Assembly (NCBI GenBank): GCA_963666055.2
Contig: CAXWPH010000012.1
Location: 352,001-416,000, forward strand
Length of the DNA: 64,000 bases
Direction of reading: 5' to 3'
DNA from: Acidobacteriota bacterium
Lineage (GTDB): Bacteria; Acidobacteriota; UBA890; WLXD01
The notes beneath the pieces are model-generated. The model worked only from the letters and a program-made list of their open reading frames with translations. It was not told the origin of the DNA and searched no databases. Position 1 is the stretch's first letter. Each line of letters begins with the position of its first letter. The translations under genes were made by a program, and so were the position numbers. Below, piece by piece: positions 29,310-39,198 of this stretch.

Positions 29310-30534
29310 TCTGACCGCAGAGGTACGCCCCATACGTGCCCACGGCATAACCAACCACCGCCAACAAGGCGCCGACAGGGGCCAACGCGGGATGCACGGC
29401 CGCGGCCACGATCGGTGCCGACGCCGCACCGCCGACGTTCGCTTGGCTGCCCACCGCCATGAAGAACACCGGCGCACGAATCAACCATGCCACCCCGAGC
29501 ATGATGCCGGCGTGTATGACCATCCACACGCTGCCAACCACGAACAGCCCGGGGTTGTCGAAGACTGCCATCAGGTTCATGCGCATGCCGATCGACGCAA
29601 TCAGCACGTACAGGCACGCCGAGCCGATTTTCGACGCGCCGGCGTGCTCGAGTCGTCGTAGCTTCGTCATCGAGAGCCCGATGGCGATCGTCGTCGACAG
29701 CACGACAAGCCAAAAGAACTGTGATGTGAGGTTGTAGATTGCCAGGCTTGGCGCCCCCCGCTCGATCGCGGTAGCTATTTGATCGGCGAGAAAATGCGCC
29801 ACGGCGGTTACACCGAAGCCCACGGCCAAGATCTGCATAAGGTCGGTGAGGCTGGGGATGCGGGCGTGCTCATGTTGTTGGCGCTCCACCCGCGCACGAA
29901 GCTCATCGATGGCCGAGGTATCAGCGCCGATGAAGGCGTCGATGCGCGACGCACGCCCGACCATGAAGAGCAATACCGCCAACCAGACGTTGGCGACGAT
30001 CACGTCGACCGCGATCATCGCCGAGAACAGCTCGTCGCCTACCTCGAAGACCTCTTTCATCGCGGCCTGATTCGCGCCGCCGCCGATCCAGCTCCCCGCC
30101 ACGGTGGTAAGCCCACGCCACACAGCATCCGGCCCCGCACCGCCGACGATACTCGGCTCGATCGCCCCGACCACCAGGATCGCCAGCGGGCCCCCGAGTA
30201 TGATGCCGACCGTACCCGTGAAGAACATGATCAGCACCTTGGGTCCGAGACGGACGATGCCGCGCATGTCGACGCTGAGGGTCAGCAACACCAGGCTGGT
30301 GGGCAGCAGGTACCGGGAGGAGACGAAGTAAAGGTTGGAAACCTCGCCGGAAATAATGCCAAGTGTGCTGAACAGCGACGGCAGGAAATAGCAAACGAGA
30401 ACCGTCGGCACGACCGAGTAGAAGCGCTGCCAAAAGCGCGATCCGCTTTGTGACGTCGTGAACACGAACGCCAACGTCGCAAACAAGACGCCGAGTACAA
30501 CGGCGTCGTTGGTAATCAGCGGCTCAGCCGGCAC
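29287..30534 (-). CDS. DUF819 family membrane protein
   Basis: Multi-TM; YLLP..LVLL, GSWIGGGANQAAMKE and SQANVGGAASAP motifs. Confidence 0.8.
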   Translation of the reverse strand: MPAEPLITNDAVVLGVLFATLAFVFTTSQSGSRFWQRFYSVVPTVLVCYFLPSLFSTLGIISGEVSNLYFVSSRYLLPTSLVLLTLSVDMRGIVRLGPKVLIMFFTGTVGIILGGPLAILVVGAIEPSIVGGAGPDAVWRGLTTVAGSWIGGGANQAAMKEVFEVGDELFSAMIAVDVIVANVWLAVLLFMVGRASRIDAFIGADTSAIDELRARVERQQHEHARIPSLTDLMQILAVGFGVTAVAHFLADQIATAIERGAPSLAIYNLTSQFFWLVVLSTTIAIGLSMTKLRRLEHAGASKIGSACLYVLIASIGMRMNLMAVFDNPGLFVVGSVWMVIHAGIMLGVAWLIRAPVFFMAVGSQANVGGAASAPIVAAAVHPALAPVGALLAVVGYAVGTYGAYLCGQIMRLAAG

Positions 30535-30616
30535 GGCGACTCCGGTTGGTCAGCGGGCGCCGCTAGCTTACAGAGCGTCGACCACCGTCGCCATACGAGG
30601 CAGGGCCGACCTGGTT

Positions 30617-31006
30617 CTACCCGGCGATTCGAGCGGTCGCTTTCACCAGCTTCGAAAGCCGGTCGAGATCCTGTTCGTCGAGGTCGCCGCTGCCTTCGCT
30701 CAGCAGCGCCGCAACAACGGCCTGGCGCGAGCCATCGAAGAACGTCCGCACCAGATGCTGCAAAGCGCTCCGCCGCGTTTCCTCGCGAGCCACCCGTGGC
30801 CGATAAATATAACGTGGTCCATCCTGCTGGTGCCCGATATGGCCCTTGTCTTCCAGCACCCGCAGCATGGCGCGAACCGCCGAGTAACTGGGTGGGGCGG
30901 GCAGCAGACCGCGAACGTCGGCCGCGCTCGATGCACCACGTTCGTAGAGAATGTCCATGATCTGGCGCTCTCGTCGGCTCAGGTCGCGGTGAATCTGATC
31001 GTCCAT
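30617..31006 (-). CDS. BlaI/MecI/CopY family transcriptional regulator
   Basis: LSRRERQIMDILY, PSYSAVRAMLRVLEDKG and LVRTFFDGS motifs. Confidence 0.9.
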   Translation of the reverse strand: MDDQIHRDLSRRERQIMDILYERGASSAADVRGLLPAPPSYSAVRAMLRVLEDKGHIGHQQDGPRYIYRPRVAREETRRSALQHLVRTFFDGSRQAVVAALLSEGSGDLDEQDLDRLSKLVKATARIAG

Positions 31007-31059
31007 GGCAACTCGCTGGTCATAGCGTCCCTGCGTCGGGGCGCCCTCGCTGACCCGTG

Positions 31060-31099
31060 ATGTTGTTTCTTTAGCATAGTGCTAAAAAACTAGCAACAT
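31060..31099. promoter_or_regulatory. Palindromic operator in the divergent blaI/solA intergenic region
   Basis: TTTAGCA-TAG-TGCTAAA overlaps TGCTA-N6-TAGCA, flanked by ATGTTG/CAACAT, in an AT-rich patch. Confidence 0.65.
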
Positions 31100-31188
31100 G
31101 ACCCACTACCGTCAGGAACGCGCCGCGGTATGCTGCGCGTCGTCGCCGCGATCGCGGCGAGCCACGGGAGCCACGCCGGAGAACCCCT

Positions 31189-32322
31189 TTGTCACACGAC
31201 GCCATCGTCGTTGGTCTGGGTACCATGGGCAGCGCCGCTGCGTGGCAGCTCACCGCCCGCGGCTGCTCGGTGCTCGGCCTTGACCGCCACGTTCCACCGC
31301 ATGCGCTCGGATCAGCACACGGCAGGTCGCGCATCATTCGCACCGCCTACATGGAAGACCCGGCCTACGTGCCGCTCGTGCAGCGTTCCTTCGAGCTATG
31401 GCGCGAGCTCGAAGCCACGACAGACAAGGCGCTTCTTCGTCGAACGAGCCTGTTGATGATCGGGCACCCGGATAGCGATGCGGTAGCCGGTAGCCTAGCG
31501 AGCGCGCGGTTGCACGCCCTGCCTCACGAGTTGCTCGACGCCGCTGAGATCCGGCGACGCTTTCCGGTCTTTCAGCCCGATGACGATCTGGCAGCGTTCT
31601 ACGAAGAGGTCGCCGGCGTGCTCCAACCCGAGGCCTGTGTCTCCGCCTGCCTCGACGCCGCGTCGGCCGCCGGAGCCGAACTACGCTACGGCGAGCAGGT
31701 GTTGAGCTGGAATCGCGACGACCACAACGTGCGCGTGCGTACCCAGGCAGGTGAGCACGTAGCGAAGGCACTCATCATCACGGCCGGCGCCTGGGCCTCG
31801 CAGCTCCTGCCCGAGATCGACTCCGCGCTGAGCGTCGAGCGGCAGGTGATGCATTGGTTCGAGCCTACGGGCGGCATCGACGCCTTCGCTCCAGATCGCC
31901 TCCCCGTCTACTTGTGGGAGCCTCGCGTGGGTCCCGTTCTCTACGGCTTGCCAGCGCTCGATGGTGCGCGTGGGGGGGTCAAGGTGGCACTCCACCATGG
32001 CGGCGAATCGACCACAGCAGATCACCTGGATCGAACCGTGCATGAGGCCGACATCGACGCCGTCCGCCGCTGTCTCGTCGATCGAATTCCGACCCTCAAC
32101 GGAAGATGGCTCGAGGGCGCTGTTTGCATGTACACCAACACCCCCGACACGCACTTCGTCATCGGGCCGCACCCTGCAGCAGAAGGGGTCTTCATCGCCG
32201 CCGGGTTTTCCGGCCACGGCTTCAAGTTCGCGCCGGTAGTGGGCGAGGTCCTTGCCGACCTGGTGGTCGACGGAGCCACCCAGCTGCCCATAGACCCGTT
32301 CTCGCCGGCCCGCTTCGGCTGA
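31189..32322 (+). CDS. solA: Monomeric sarcosine oxidase / N-methyltryptophan oxidase family flavoprotein
   Basis: VVGLGTMG, GSAHGRSRIIR, CMYTNTPD (flavinylation Cys) and GFSGHGFKF motifs. Confidence 0.88.
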   Translation: MSHDAIVVGLGTMGSAAAWQLTARGCSVLGLDRHVPPHALGSAHGRSRIIRTAYMEDPAYVPLVQRSFELWRELEATTDKALLRRTSLLMIGHPDSDAVAGSLASARLHALPHELLDAAEIRRRFPVFQPDDDLAAFYEEVAGVLQPEACVSACLDAASAAGAELRYGEQVLSWNRDDHNVRVRTQAGEHVAKALIITAGAWASQLLPEIDSALSVERQVMHWFEPTGGIDAFAPDRLPVYLWEPRVGPVLYGLPALDGARGGVKVALHHGGESTTADHLDRTVHEADIDAVRRCLVDRIPTLNGRWLEGAVCMYTNTPDTHFVIGPHPAAEGVFIAAGFSGHGFKFAPVVGEVLADLVVDGATQLPIDPFSPARFG

Positions 32323-32393
32323 TCCGCCGGGCGCCGACCGCCACCGACCGCCGCAATCCAGCAGGCCGGGGGTGCAACGATGGCGGGCCAGGG

Positions 32394-33356
32394 CTACTCC
32401 GACAGGTTGGCCACCAGTGCCGGATCAGTATTGCCACCACAAACGAGCACCGCGATACGCTCGCCCGGGCGACACCGAACATCACCGGATACCAGCGCCG
32501 CAAGCGCCGTGGCGCCGCCGGGCTCGGCGATCAACCGCAGATGGTTCCACAGCAGGTACTGCGCTCGCTTGATCGAGGCGTCCGAGACCAGCACGGATTC
32601 ATCGACCCAACGACTGGCGCTAGCGAAGCCGATATCGCCGATCCGGCTGGCCCCGAGCGAGTCCTTCGCCAGCCCGTCGACCTCGACATCTAGCGGTTTT
32701 CCAGCCGCGAGGGCTCGCGAGAGCGTCGGGCATCGCTCAGGCTCGACCGCCACGATAGTGGCCTCCTCACGCAGCCAGGCAGCCGTTCCGCCAATCAATC
32801 CGCCACCGCCGACGGCCACCAGAACAGTGTCGAGATCAGGCACCTGTTGCTGTAGCTCGCGACCGATCGTTCCAGCCCCGGCGACGATCTGCGGCTGATC
32901 GTAGGCGTGAACGATGAGCGCGCCGGTCTCCAGCGCGCGTTGCTCAGCGGCGTGACGCGCCTCATCGTAGAACTCGCCGATCTGTACAACCTGCGCGCCA
33001 AGCTCGTGCAACCGACGCACCTTGATGGTCGGCGTGCTAGCCGGCACGAAGATCTCGGCGCGGTGGCCGAGCTCTCGCGCTGCGAACGACACGCCCAGAG
33101 CATGGTTGCCTCCCGATGCCGCCAGCACGCCGACCTCCGGAACGTCGGCGGAGAGCAACCGGTTAAAAGCACCGCGAGGCTTGAACGACCCGGTGTGCTG
33201 GAGAATCTCGAGCTTGAGGAACAATTGCACGTCCGATAGCCCGAGCTCCGCACCGGCGATCTCGATGACCGGCGTGCGCCGTACATGGGGCGCAATACGC
33301 GCCGCCGCCGAGTCGATCTCAGCTCGTGACGGAGCCGAGGCAATCGTCACCGGCAT
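32394..33356 (-). CDS. Threonine/serine dehydratase family PLP enzyme
   Basis: LKLEILQHTGSFKPRGA, ASGGNH, VGGGGL, AEPGGA and CGGN motifs. Confidence 0.9.
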   Translation of the reverse strand: MPVTIASAPSRAEIDSAAARIAPHVRRTPVIEIAGAELGLSDVQLFLKLEILQHTGSFKPRGAFNRLLSADVPEVGVLAASGGNHALGVSFAARELGHRAEIFVPASTPTIKVRRLHELGAQVVQIGEFYDEARHAAEQRALETGALIVHAYDQPQIVAGAGTIGRELQQQVPDLDTVLVAVGGGGLIGGTAAWLREEATIVAVEPERCPTLSRALAAGKPLDVEVDGLAKDSLGASRIGDIGFASASRWVDESVLVSDASIKRAQYLLWNHLRLIAEPGGATALAALVSGDVRCRPGERIAVLVCGGNTDPALVANLSE

Positions 33357-33548
33357 GGCGGGTGCACAACAATGCGGCGTCGCATCACTCCCCCTGCTGG
33401 TAATCGTCAAGGCTTGCGGGTATCGTCAGCCGCCGGGCGGCGAAGAGCTGATGCCTATTTTCGCATAAGGCCGCTGTCGTAGAGCCCCCACAGGGGGGCT
33501 GGCGTCGCAGCCCGACCCACTTGCTAACGCCCCCCCTGAGCCGACGAG

Positions 33549-35195
33549 ATGCCGCCTCCGGACTCCACCCAAGCCTCGTCGCGTCGTGCCATCGTGGGTG
33601 CGAGCCTCGTCGTGTTCACGAGCTCGGCGTTCATCATGACGCTGGAGATCGTCGCCGCGCGCCTCGTTGCACAGCATCTGGGTGTATCGCTCTACACCTG
33701 GACGGCGGTAATCGGAGTGGTGCTGGCGGGGATCGCCGTGGGCAACTACGTCGGCGGTAAGCTTGCTGACCTGTACCCGCCGCGCGCCCTGCTGACCACC
33801 CTGTTCCTGTTCGCCTCGATATCGAGCCTTTCCGTGCTGTTCGTGGTCGACTGGATGGGCTCCTGGGAGAGGCCGGAAGCCATTTCTTGGCCTTTCTGGA
33901 TCCTTCGCAACGTCGCTCTCACGTTCTTCGCCCCGGCAACCATCATGGGCACGATCTCGCCCGTGGCGGCCAAGCTGGCGCTCGGAGCGCACCGTGACGT
34001 GGGCGCCACGGTCGGAACCCTGTATGCGAGCGGCGCCGCCGGCAGCATCCTCGGCACCTTCCTTACCGGCTACGTGTTGATCGATGCCCTTGGCACCAAG
34101 ACCATCGTCTGCGGCATCGCCGCCGGCCTCGGGATACTGGGCCTTCTAGCGGGACGCGGTTTGCGCCGCAGCCCTGCTTCGTTCTTCGTGGTGTGGCTAT
34201 CGTTCCTGTCTCTGATCTCTGCCCTTTCGGTGGCGCCGTGGGCGTGGAGTGAGCGCTGGGGTCATTTCTTGGGCCTGCGCTTCGCCACCGACCATCTCCA
34301 CTATCAGGACGAGAGCAGCTACTTCACGATCGAGATCTATGACGCCGAGGACTTCGACAACACGCGCGTGCTGGCGCTGGATCACCTTGTGCACAGCTAC
34401 GTGAACATGGACGACGTGACGCAGCTGGAGTACGGCTATGAGACCGTCTACGCTGCGGTGACCCACCACCTGGTAGACACTGACCAACCCTTGCGCGCGC
34501 TGTTCATCGGCGGCGGTGGTTTCACCTTTCCGCGTTATCTCGAGGCGCGTTTCGCGGCAGCAGACATCGACGTCGCCGAAATCGATCCCGCCGTCAAGCA
34601 AGCCGCCCAGGCCGCTCTGGGATTGCCCCCCGACGATGCTACCCGCATCCGGACACACACGCTGGACGCACGCAATTACATCGACGACCTGCGGCGGCGG
34701 AATCGACGCGTCAGGGACCCACATCAATTCGATTTCGTATACGGCGACGCGTTCAACGACCTCGGCGTGCCCTACCACCTGACCACACGGGGCTTTAACG
34801 AACGTCTGGCTGAGGTAATGACGCACGATGGCGTCTACATGATCAACGTCATCGATATCTATCGTGAGGGTCTGGGGCGTTTCTTGGGTGCCTATGTGGG
34901 CACCGTACGATTGACGTTCCCCTTCGTCTATGTATTCGCCGGCGACCCGGACGGACCCACGGACGAGCGCGACACCTTCATCGTGGTGAGCTCCCGACGA
35001 GCCCTACCGATCCTGGAGATCGGATCCAAAGAGAACGTTCCGGACGCCTGGGGCCACCTGTTCGCCTGGGCCGAGGCCGATCGCCTGGGCGGCGAGATGG
35101 CGACAGTGCTGCAGCGCGGCGGTGGGTTGGTGCTGACCGATGACCACGCACCCGTCGACAATCTACTGGCGCCCGTCTTCTCGAATAGCGAGTGA
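33549..35195 (+). CDS. Fused MFS-like membrane / spermidine-synthase-like protein
   Basis: N-terminal TMs with LEIVAARL and GSILGTFLTG; C-terminal LFIGGGG, AEIDP, GDAFN, HLTT and LTDDHAPVD. Confidence 0.85.
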   Translation: MPPPDSTQASSRRAIVGASLVVFTSSAFIMTLEIVAARLVAQHLGVSLYTWTAVIGVVLAGIAVGNYVGGKLADLYPPRALLTTLFLFASISSLSVLFVVDWMGSWERPEAISWPFWILRNVALTFFAPATIMGTISPVAAKLALGAHRDVGATVGTLYASGAAGSILGTFLTGYVLIDALGTKTIVCGIAAGLGILGLLAGRGLRRSPASFFVVWLSFLSLISALSVAPWAWSERWGHFLGLRFATDHLHYQDESSYFTIEIYDAEDFDNTRVLALDHLVHSYVNMDDVTQLEYGYETVYAAVTHHLVDTDQPLRALFIGGGGFTFPRYLEARFAAADIDVAEIDPAVKQAAQAALGLPPDDATRIRTHTLDARNYIDDLRRRNRRVRDPHQFDFVYGDAFNDLGVPYHLTTRGFNERLAEVMTHDGVYMINVIDIYREGLGRFLGAYVGTVRLTFPFVYVFAGDPDGPTDERDTFIVVSSRRALPILEIGSKENVPDAWGHLFAWAEADRLGGEMATVLQRGGGLVLTDDHAPVDNLLAPVFSNSE

Positions 35196-35261
35196 GAAGC
35201 GCTGCAGAGGGCCCGTGAGTTGCTCTCGACGAAGCCGCCAGACAGGCCACGGCGGCCGGGG

Positions 35262-36047
35262 CTAGACATCCCGCAGCGGCGCCAGAAGGGAGCGCAGGTG
35301 GGCGTGCACGTGCCCGTTCGTCGCCACGAGGTTGCGGCCATGGAGCAGTGTTTGCAGGTCGTCGTTCCCCGCACAGTCGGTCACGCATCCACCTGACTCG
35401 CTCACCAGCAGGATCCCGGCCGCAACATCCCAAGGCTCGAGATGCAGCTCCCAGAAGCCGTCGAAGCGACCACAAGCCACCAGGGCGAGGTCCAGTGCTG
35501 CGGACCCCAGCCGGCGCAGCCCACCCGCCACCGCACCGACGCGGGGAACGTTCTCGAGGTTGTTGTCGGCAAGCGTGTCGCGAGCGTAGGGAAATCCGGT
35601 CGCCAGAATCGCATCGCTCAGCTCGACTGTGTCGGAGACCACTGCAGGAGCACCATCCAGCGTCGTGCCGCCGCCACGCTGGGCCGCGAAAGTCATCTCC
35701 AGCATCGGGGCGTGCACCACGCCCGCAACCAGATCTCCAGCCTCGATCACTGCAATCGCAACGCACCACAACGGGAGCCGATGGAGGAAATTGACCGTGC
35801 CATCGAGCGGGTCGACCACCCATAGGCGATCGGAGCCGCCGCCGCGACGGCCAGACTCCTCGGCCAGCACGTCGTCTTCGTCGGGGATCCGATCCAGAAT
35901 CCAGCGCTCCGTCTCGATATCGGCAGCGCTGACGAGATCGCGCCGACGGCCACCTTTACGATCGGCGTCCGCCGCATCCAGGTTGCCGTAGTACCGCATC
36001 AACACGGCACCGGCACCGTGGGCAAGGTCGATGAGCTGATCCAACAC
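35262..36047 (-). CDS. Inositol monophosphatase family protein (SuhB-like)
   Basis: AEES, WVVDPLDGTVNF, RRLGSAALDL and PWDVAAG motifs. Confidence 0.9.
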   Translation of the reverse strand: MLDQLIDLAHGAGAVLMRYYGNLDAADADRKGGRRRDLVSAADIETERWILDRIPDEDDVLAEESGRRGGGSDRLWVVDPLDGTVNFLHRLPLWCVAIAVIEAGDLVAGVVHAPMLEMTFAAQRGGGTTLDGAPAVVSDTVELSDAILATGFPYARDTLADNNLENVPRVGAVAGGLRRLGSAALDLALVACGRFDGFWELHLEPWDVAAGILLVSESGGCVTDCAGNDDLQTLLHGRNLVATNGHVHAHLRSLLAPLRDV

Positions 36048-36186
36048 GCGGGGCTCCCGATGACGGTAGGTACCGACCGGGGTAAGCAGCCGTGCGGCTC
36101 GGCGACGCTGCACCCCCGGCAGAATGTCACGCGGGCAGTATCGCCGATCAGGGAGTGGCGTGGGGAAGCACCCTCGGCGCGCCGGC

Positions 36187-36885
36187 TCAGTAAGCTTCGA
36201 GGCGTTCTCTGTCGAGCACCCAGATAACTCGATCGCTCGACTCGACCAGCCCTTCACGACGGAAACCGTTGAACGCCATGCTGGTGGTTTCTCGGGTCGA
36301 TCCCACCAGCTGACCGAGGTCTGTCTGTGTCAACCGTAGTCCGATTCGCAAGCCGCGATCATCGGCAACGCCGCAGTCGTCAGCAAGCCCAACGAGGGCG
36401 TGTGCCAGTCGCGTCCGCACGTCCTCGGACAGCAGCGCGATCATACGGTCTTCGATCGCCGCCTTGCGCTTGGCGATGACCGCCGTGACCCAGCCCGACA
36501 AGTCCGGATGCTGCGCCAGGTAACCCGCGAAGCGGTCACGCTCGATTACGCAGATGAACGCGTCGTCGGCGATCTGGGCGTTGTCGCGGCGCCGATCGGC
36601 ACCGATCAGCGCCGTCTCGCCGAACATCGCGCCGGGTCCCTCGAAACCGAAAATGACCTGCTTGCCGCCGGCAATCTCGCGGTACAACTTCACCGTTCCG
36701 GTACGCAGAACGTAGAAATGATCGCACAGATCACCGGCACGGAAGACATCTTCGCCGCGCTTGAACAGACGCAGGTCGGCGATGTTCACCAACTGCTTGA
36801 GCTCCCAGTCAGCCAGAGTCTTGAACATCCCCATCTGCTTGAGGTGCCAGTACTTGGCCTGCGAGACCGCTAAAGACGCTTCCAT
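36187..36885 (-). CDS. Crp/Fnr family transcriptional regulator
   Basis: cNMP-binding domain (FGETAL...R) and HTH 'LTQTDLGQLVGSTRETTS'. Confidence 0.9.
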   Translation of the reverse strand: MEASLAVSQAKYWHLKQMGMFKTLADWELKQLVNIADLRLFKRGEDVFRAGDLCDHFYVLRTGTVKLYREIAGGKQVIFGFEGPGAMFGETALIGADRRRDNAQIADDAFICVIERDRFAGYLAQHPDLSGWVTAVIAKRKAAIEDRMIALLSEDVRTRLAHALVGLADDCGVADDRGLRIGLRLTQTDLGQLVGSTRETTSMAFNGFRREGLVESSDRVIWVLDRERLEAY

Positions 36886-37032
36886 CCTTCTCCTCCGCGA
36901 TCGAACTCTCGTGAACACCTTGCACGCCTTCGCTTCCTGCTTTTCATAGGGCGATTTGCCGTCGGTGGCGCGTTGGTTACAGTCCTTTCGCGGCGATTGG
37001 CGACGGCCGCCCGGACGCTTTAGCGAGCGTCG

Positions 37033-37704
37033 CTAGCTGGCGACCGCTTCGCGGCCGTACAGGCTCCAGAGATATCCCAACAGGAACCCGGTCAAGCCCA
37101 GGACCAAGATGCCGCCGGTATGCCCCATCAGCACGTGCGCAGAGTCGGAGTACGGGCAGAACATGCGCCACGATGCCTCAGCGGCGAACCCTGCTCCGGT
37201 GCCGGTCAGAAATCCCGCTATCAGCGGCCGCTGCGGCAACGTGCGAGCCACCAGCCAGGCGATCAGCACCAGCGCTGGCAGGCCGATCAGGGACTCGGCA
37301 CGAAAGCAGGCCATCCACATCGTTACCGTGCCGCCACTCGACATGGGGGCGCGAACGAAGATCAGCAGGTTGACAACGATCTGAAGCGCGTAGGCGGTCA
37401 GGACGAAGGCGAAAATCTTGGTGGACGAGACGTGCCAGCCCGGAATCCCTTCGCGCAGCGCAAAGATCAGCAGTGCGAAGGCGAGCAGTACTTGAATAGC
37501 GACTGGAACCCACGCCAACATCATGCCGAGCTCGCCCGTATCGCGTAGCTGGTTGTACGCGAAGGGCATCGCCATCGCCGCAAGCACCAGCGGCAGCACG
37601 GCCAACAACCGCTTCCAGGGTGACCGCAGCGGCTTCACCGGCTCGAGACGGTCACCGATCGCCAGTCGAAGACGATCCGGCAGATCGGGGTGCGACGCTC
37701 TCAT
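37033..37704 (-). CDS. Putative membrane anti-sigma factor (NrsF/DUF1109-like)
   Basis: About 6 TMs, 'L.PV.PL', conserved Cys and 'FCP....HVLMGH'; coupled to the ECF sigma gene. Confidence 0.75.
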   Translation of the reverse strand: MRASHPDLPDRLRLAIGDRLEPVKPLRSPWKRLLAVLPLVLAAMAMPFAYNQLRDTGELGMMLAWVPVAIQVLLAFALLIFALREGIPGWHVSSTKIFAFVLTAYALQIVVNLLIFVRAPMSSGGTVTMWMACFRAESLIGLPALVLIAWLVARTLPQRPLIAGFLTGTGAGFAAEASWRMFCPYSDSAHVLMGHTGGILVLGLTGFLLGYLWSLYGREAVAS

Positions 37705-38264
37705 GCCGGCACCCGGTCGGCGCCGAAAATCTGCCGTAAGTCTTGCATGCCTCGGAACGCTCGAAGTTTGGCGGCACGCTCGCTGATGCCGAGCATGTTA
37801 CCGATCTCCCGGAACGTGAACCCCCAGACGTGATGCAGTAAGAGCGATTCGCGCCGGTCCTCCGCAACATCAAGCAGCGCCTGACCGAGATCTTCACGCT
37901 GTGGAAACAGCTCCGCGATGGGAGCTACGGGGATTTCCGGCAGCACCTCCGGACCCGGTCCCTCATGCTTGGCCAGGCGGGCTGCCGAACGCCGGTACAT
38001 CAGATACACGTGTCGGGCTATCCCGAATGCCCAGGGTTTGACCGGTCGCCCTGGCATGTAGGTGTGACGCGAGCGATGCATTTGCAGAAAAGTCTCCTGC
38101 ATCAGGTCCTCGCCCCGGGACTGATCACGCGTAAGCGACGTGAGGTAGTTGCGTAGCGGCACCGAGAGGACAGCGAACAGCTCCTCGAAGGCCTCGAGCT
38201 TGCCATTCTGGTAGCCGACCATGCATTCGGCCAGCCGATCAGGCGAGACATCGTCTAGTCCCAC
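37701..38264 (-). CDS. ECF RNA polymerase sigma factor
   Basis: EDLMQETFL..HR.R.TY, W.FGIARH and region 4 'GFTFREIG.MLGISE.AAKLRAFRG'. Start codon uncertain. Confidence 0.9.
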   Translation of the reverse strand: MGLDDVSPDRLAECMVGYQNGKLEAFEELFAVLSVPLRNYLTSLTRDQSRGEDLMQETFLQMHRSRHTYMPGRPVKPWAFGIARHVYLMYRRSAARLAKHEGPGPEVLPEIPVAPIAELFPQREDLGQALLDVAEDRRESLLLHHVWGFTFREIGNMLGISERAAKLRAFRGMQDLRQIFGADRVPA

Positions 38265-38281
38265 TTCCGTACCCTTTGCCC

Positions 38282-38306
38282 TTCGTAGTCCCTTGGTTTC
38301 CGTTTC
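38282..38306 (-). promoter_or_regulatory. Possible autoregulatory ECF promoter
   Basis: Minus strand GAAAC-N16-CGAA just upstream of the sigma gene. Confidence 0.35.
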
Positions 38307-38520
38307 CCCTCCCCTGTCTCGCTGAAGTCCTTTGTGCAGAACGAAAAAAGGGTTTCGGGAGCGCGGGATCGGGAGATTACCATTCTCACTGACGCCCGCC
38401 CAGCTGCGAGTGCAACCCGTCGCGGCGCCTGTTCCTGAGACCCTGAACCTTTTTGATTTCGTGTAGAAGCGGCCGGCTCCATAGAGCGAGTCGGCCAACG
38501 CGTAGTCGCTGGAGGCTGAC

Positions 38521-39108
38521 GTGAAGAAGCTATTGATCCTGATAGTGCTGGTAACGGCCGGTGCGTTTCTGGCGGTCCCGGCCTGGGCGCAGCAAGACCA
38601 GGAAGCCGCGCTCTTCGGCGGCTACTCCCTCTTGCGACTCAACCAGGGGGATGACCTGGACAAGGCCACCATCCACGGCTTCGTGGTCGACTACACATAC
38701 TTCATGGACCGCCGTTTCGGCTTCGTGGTGAGCGGCAGTTACCACAAGGGGCCGGCGGATGCGGGCGTCGACGTATTCGGCACGCCGGAGTTCGACTTCC
38801 GGGGGTACACCCTACTCGCCGGGCCTCACGCCGTCCTGTGGCGGGGCCACACATCGGAAGCTGGCCTGCGGGCGCTCGCAGGTGCCGGTTGGCGCCGGTT
38901 CCAGACCGCCGATGGAGGCGTCGACGTGAGCGATGACGTCGATTTTACTTGGGCCATCGAGGCACATCTCGACCTGCGGCTATCGGACAACATCTGGCTA
39001 CGCGTCCTACAGCCGGCAATCGTCCGCACGCGGTTCAATGACGTCAAGCGTACCGACTACCGCCTGAGCATAGGCCTGGTGCTGCACGCTGGGAGCATCC
39101 TGCAGTAG
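38521..39108 (+). CDS. Putative outer-membrane beta-barrel protein
   Basis: GGAGG RBS; signal peptide ending AWA-Q; alternating beta strands, 'FGGYS', C-terminal 'YRLSIGLVL'. Confidence 0.7.
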   Translation: MKKLLILIVLVTAGAFLAVPAWAQQDQEAALFGGYSLLRLNQGDDLDKATIHGFVVDYTYFMDRRFGFVVSGSYHKGPADAGVDVFGTPEFDFRGYTLLAGPHAVLWRGHTSEAGLRALAGAGWRRFQTADGGVDVSDDVDFTWAIEAHLDLRLSDNIWLRVLQPAIVRTRFNDVKRTDYRLSIGLVLHAGSILQ

Positions 39109-39198
39109 GCTCGGCTGGTAGCAACCCTCCACTGGGCGAGTTGCCCCACCGACACCCGGGCCGGCGACAGGATCGACGCCATCGTAGAATCGGTGGCA

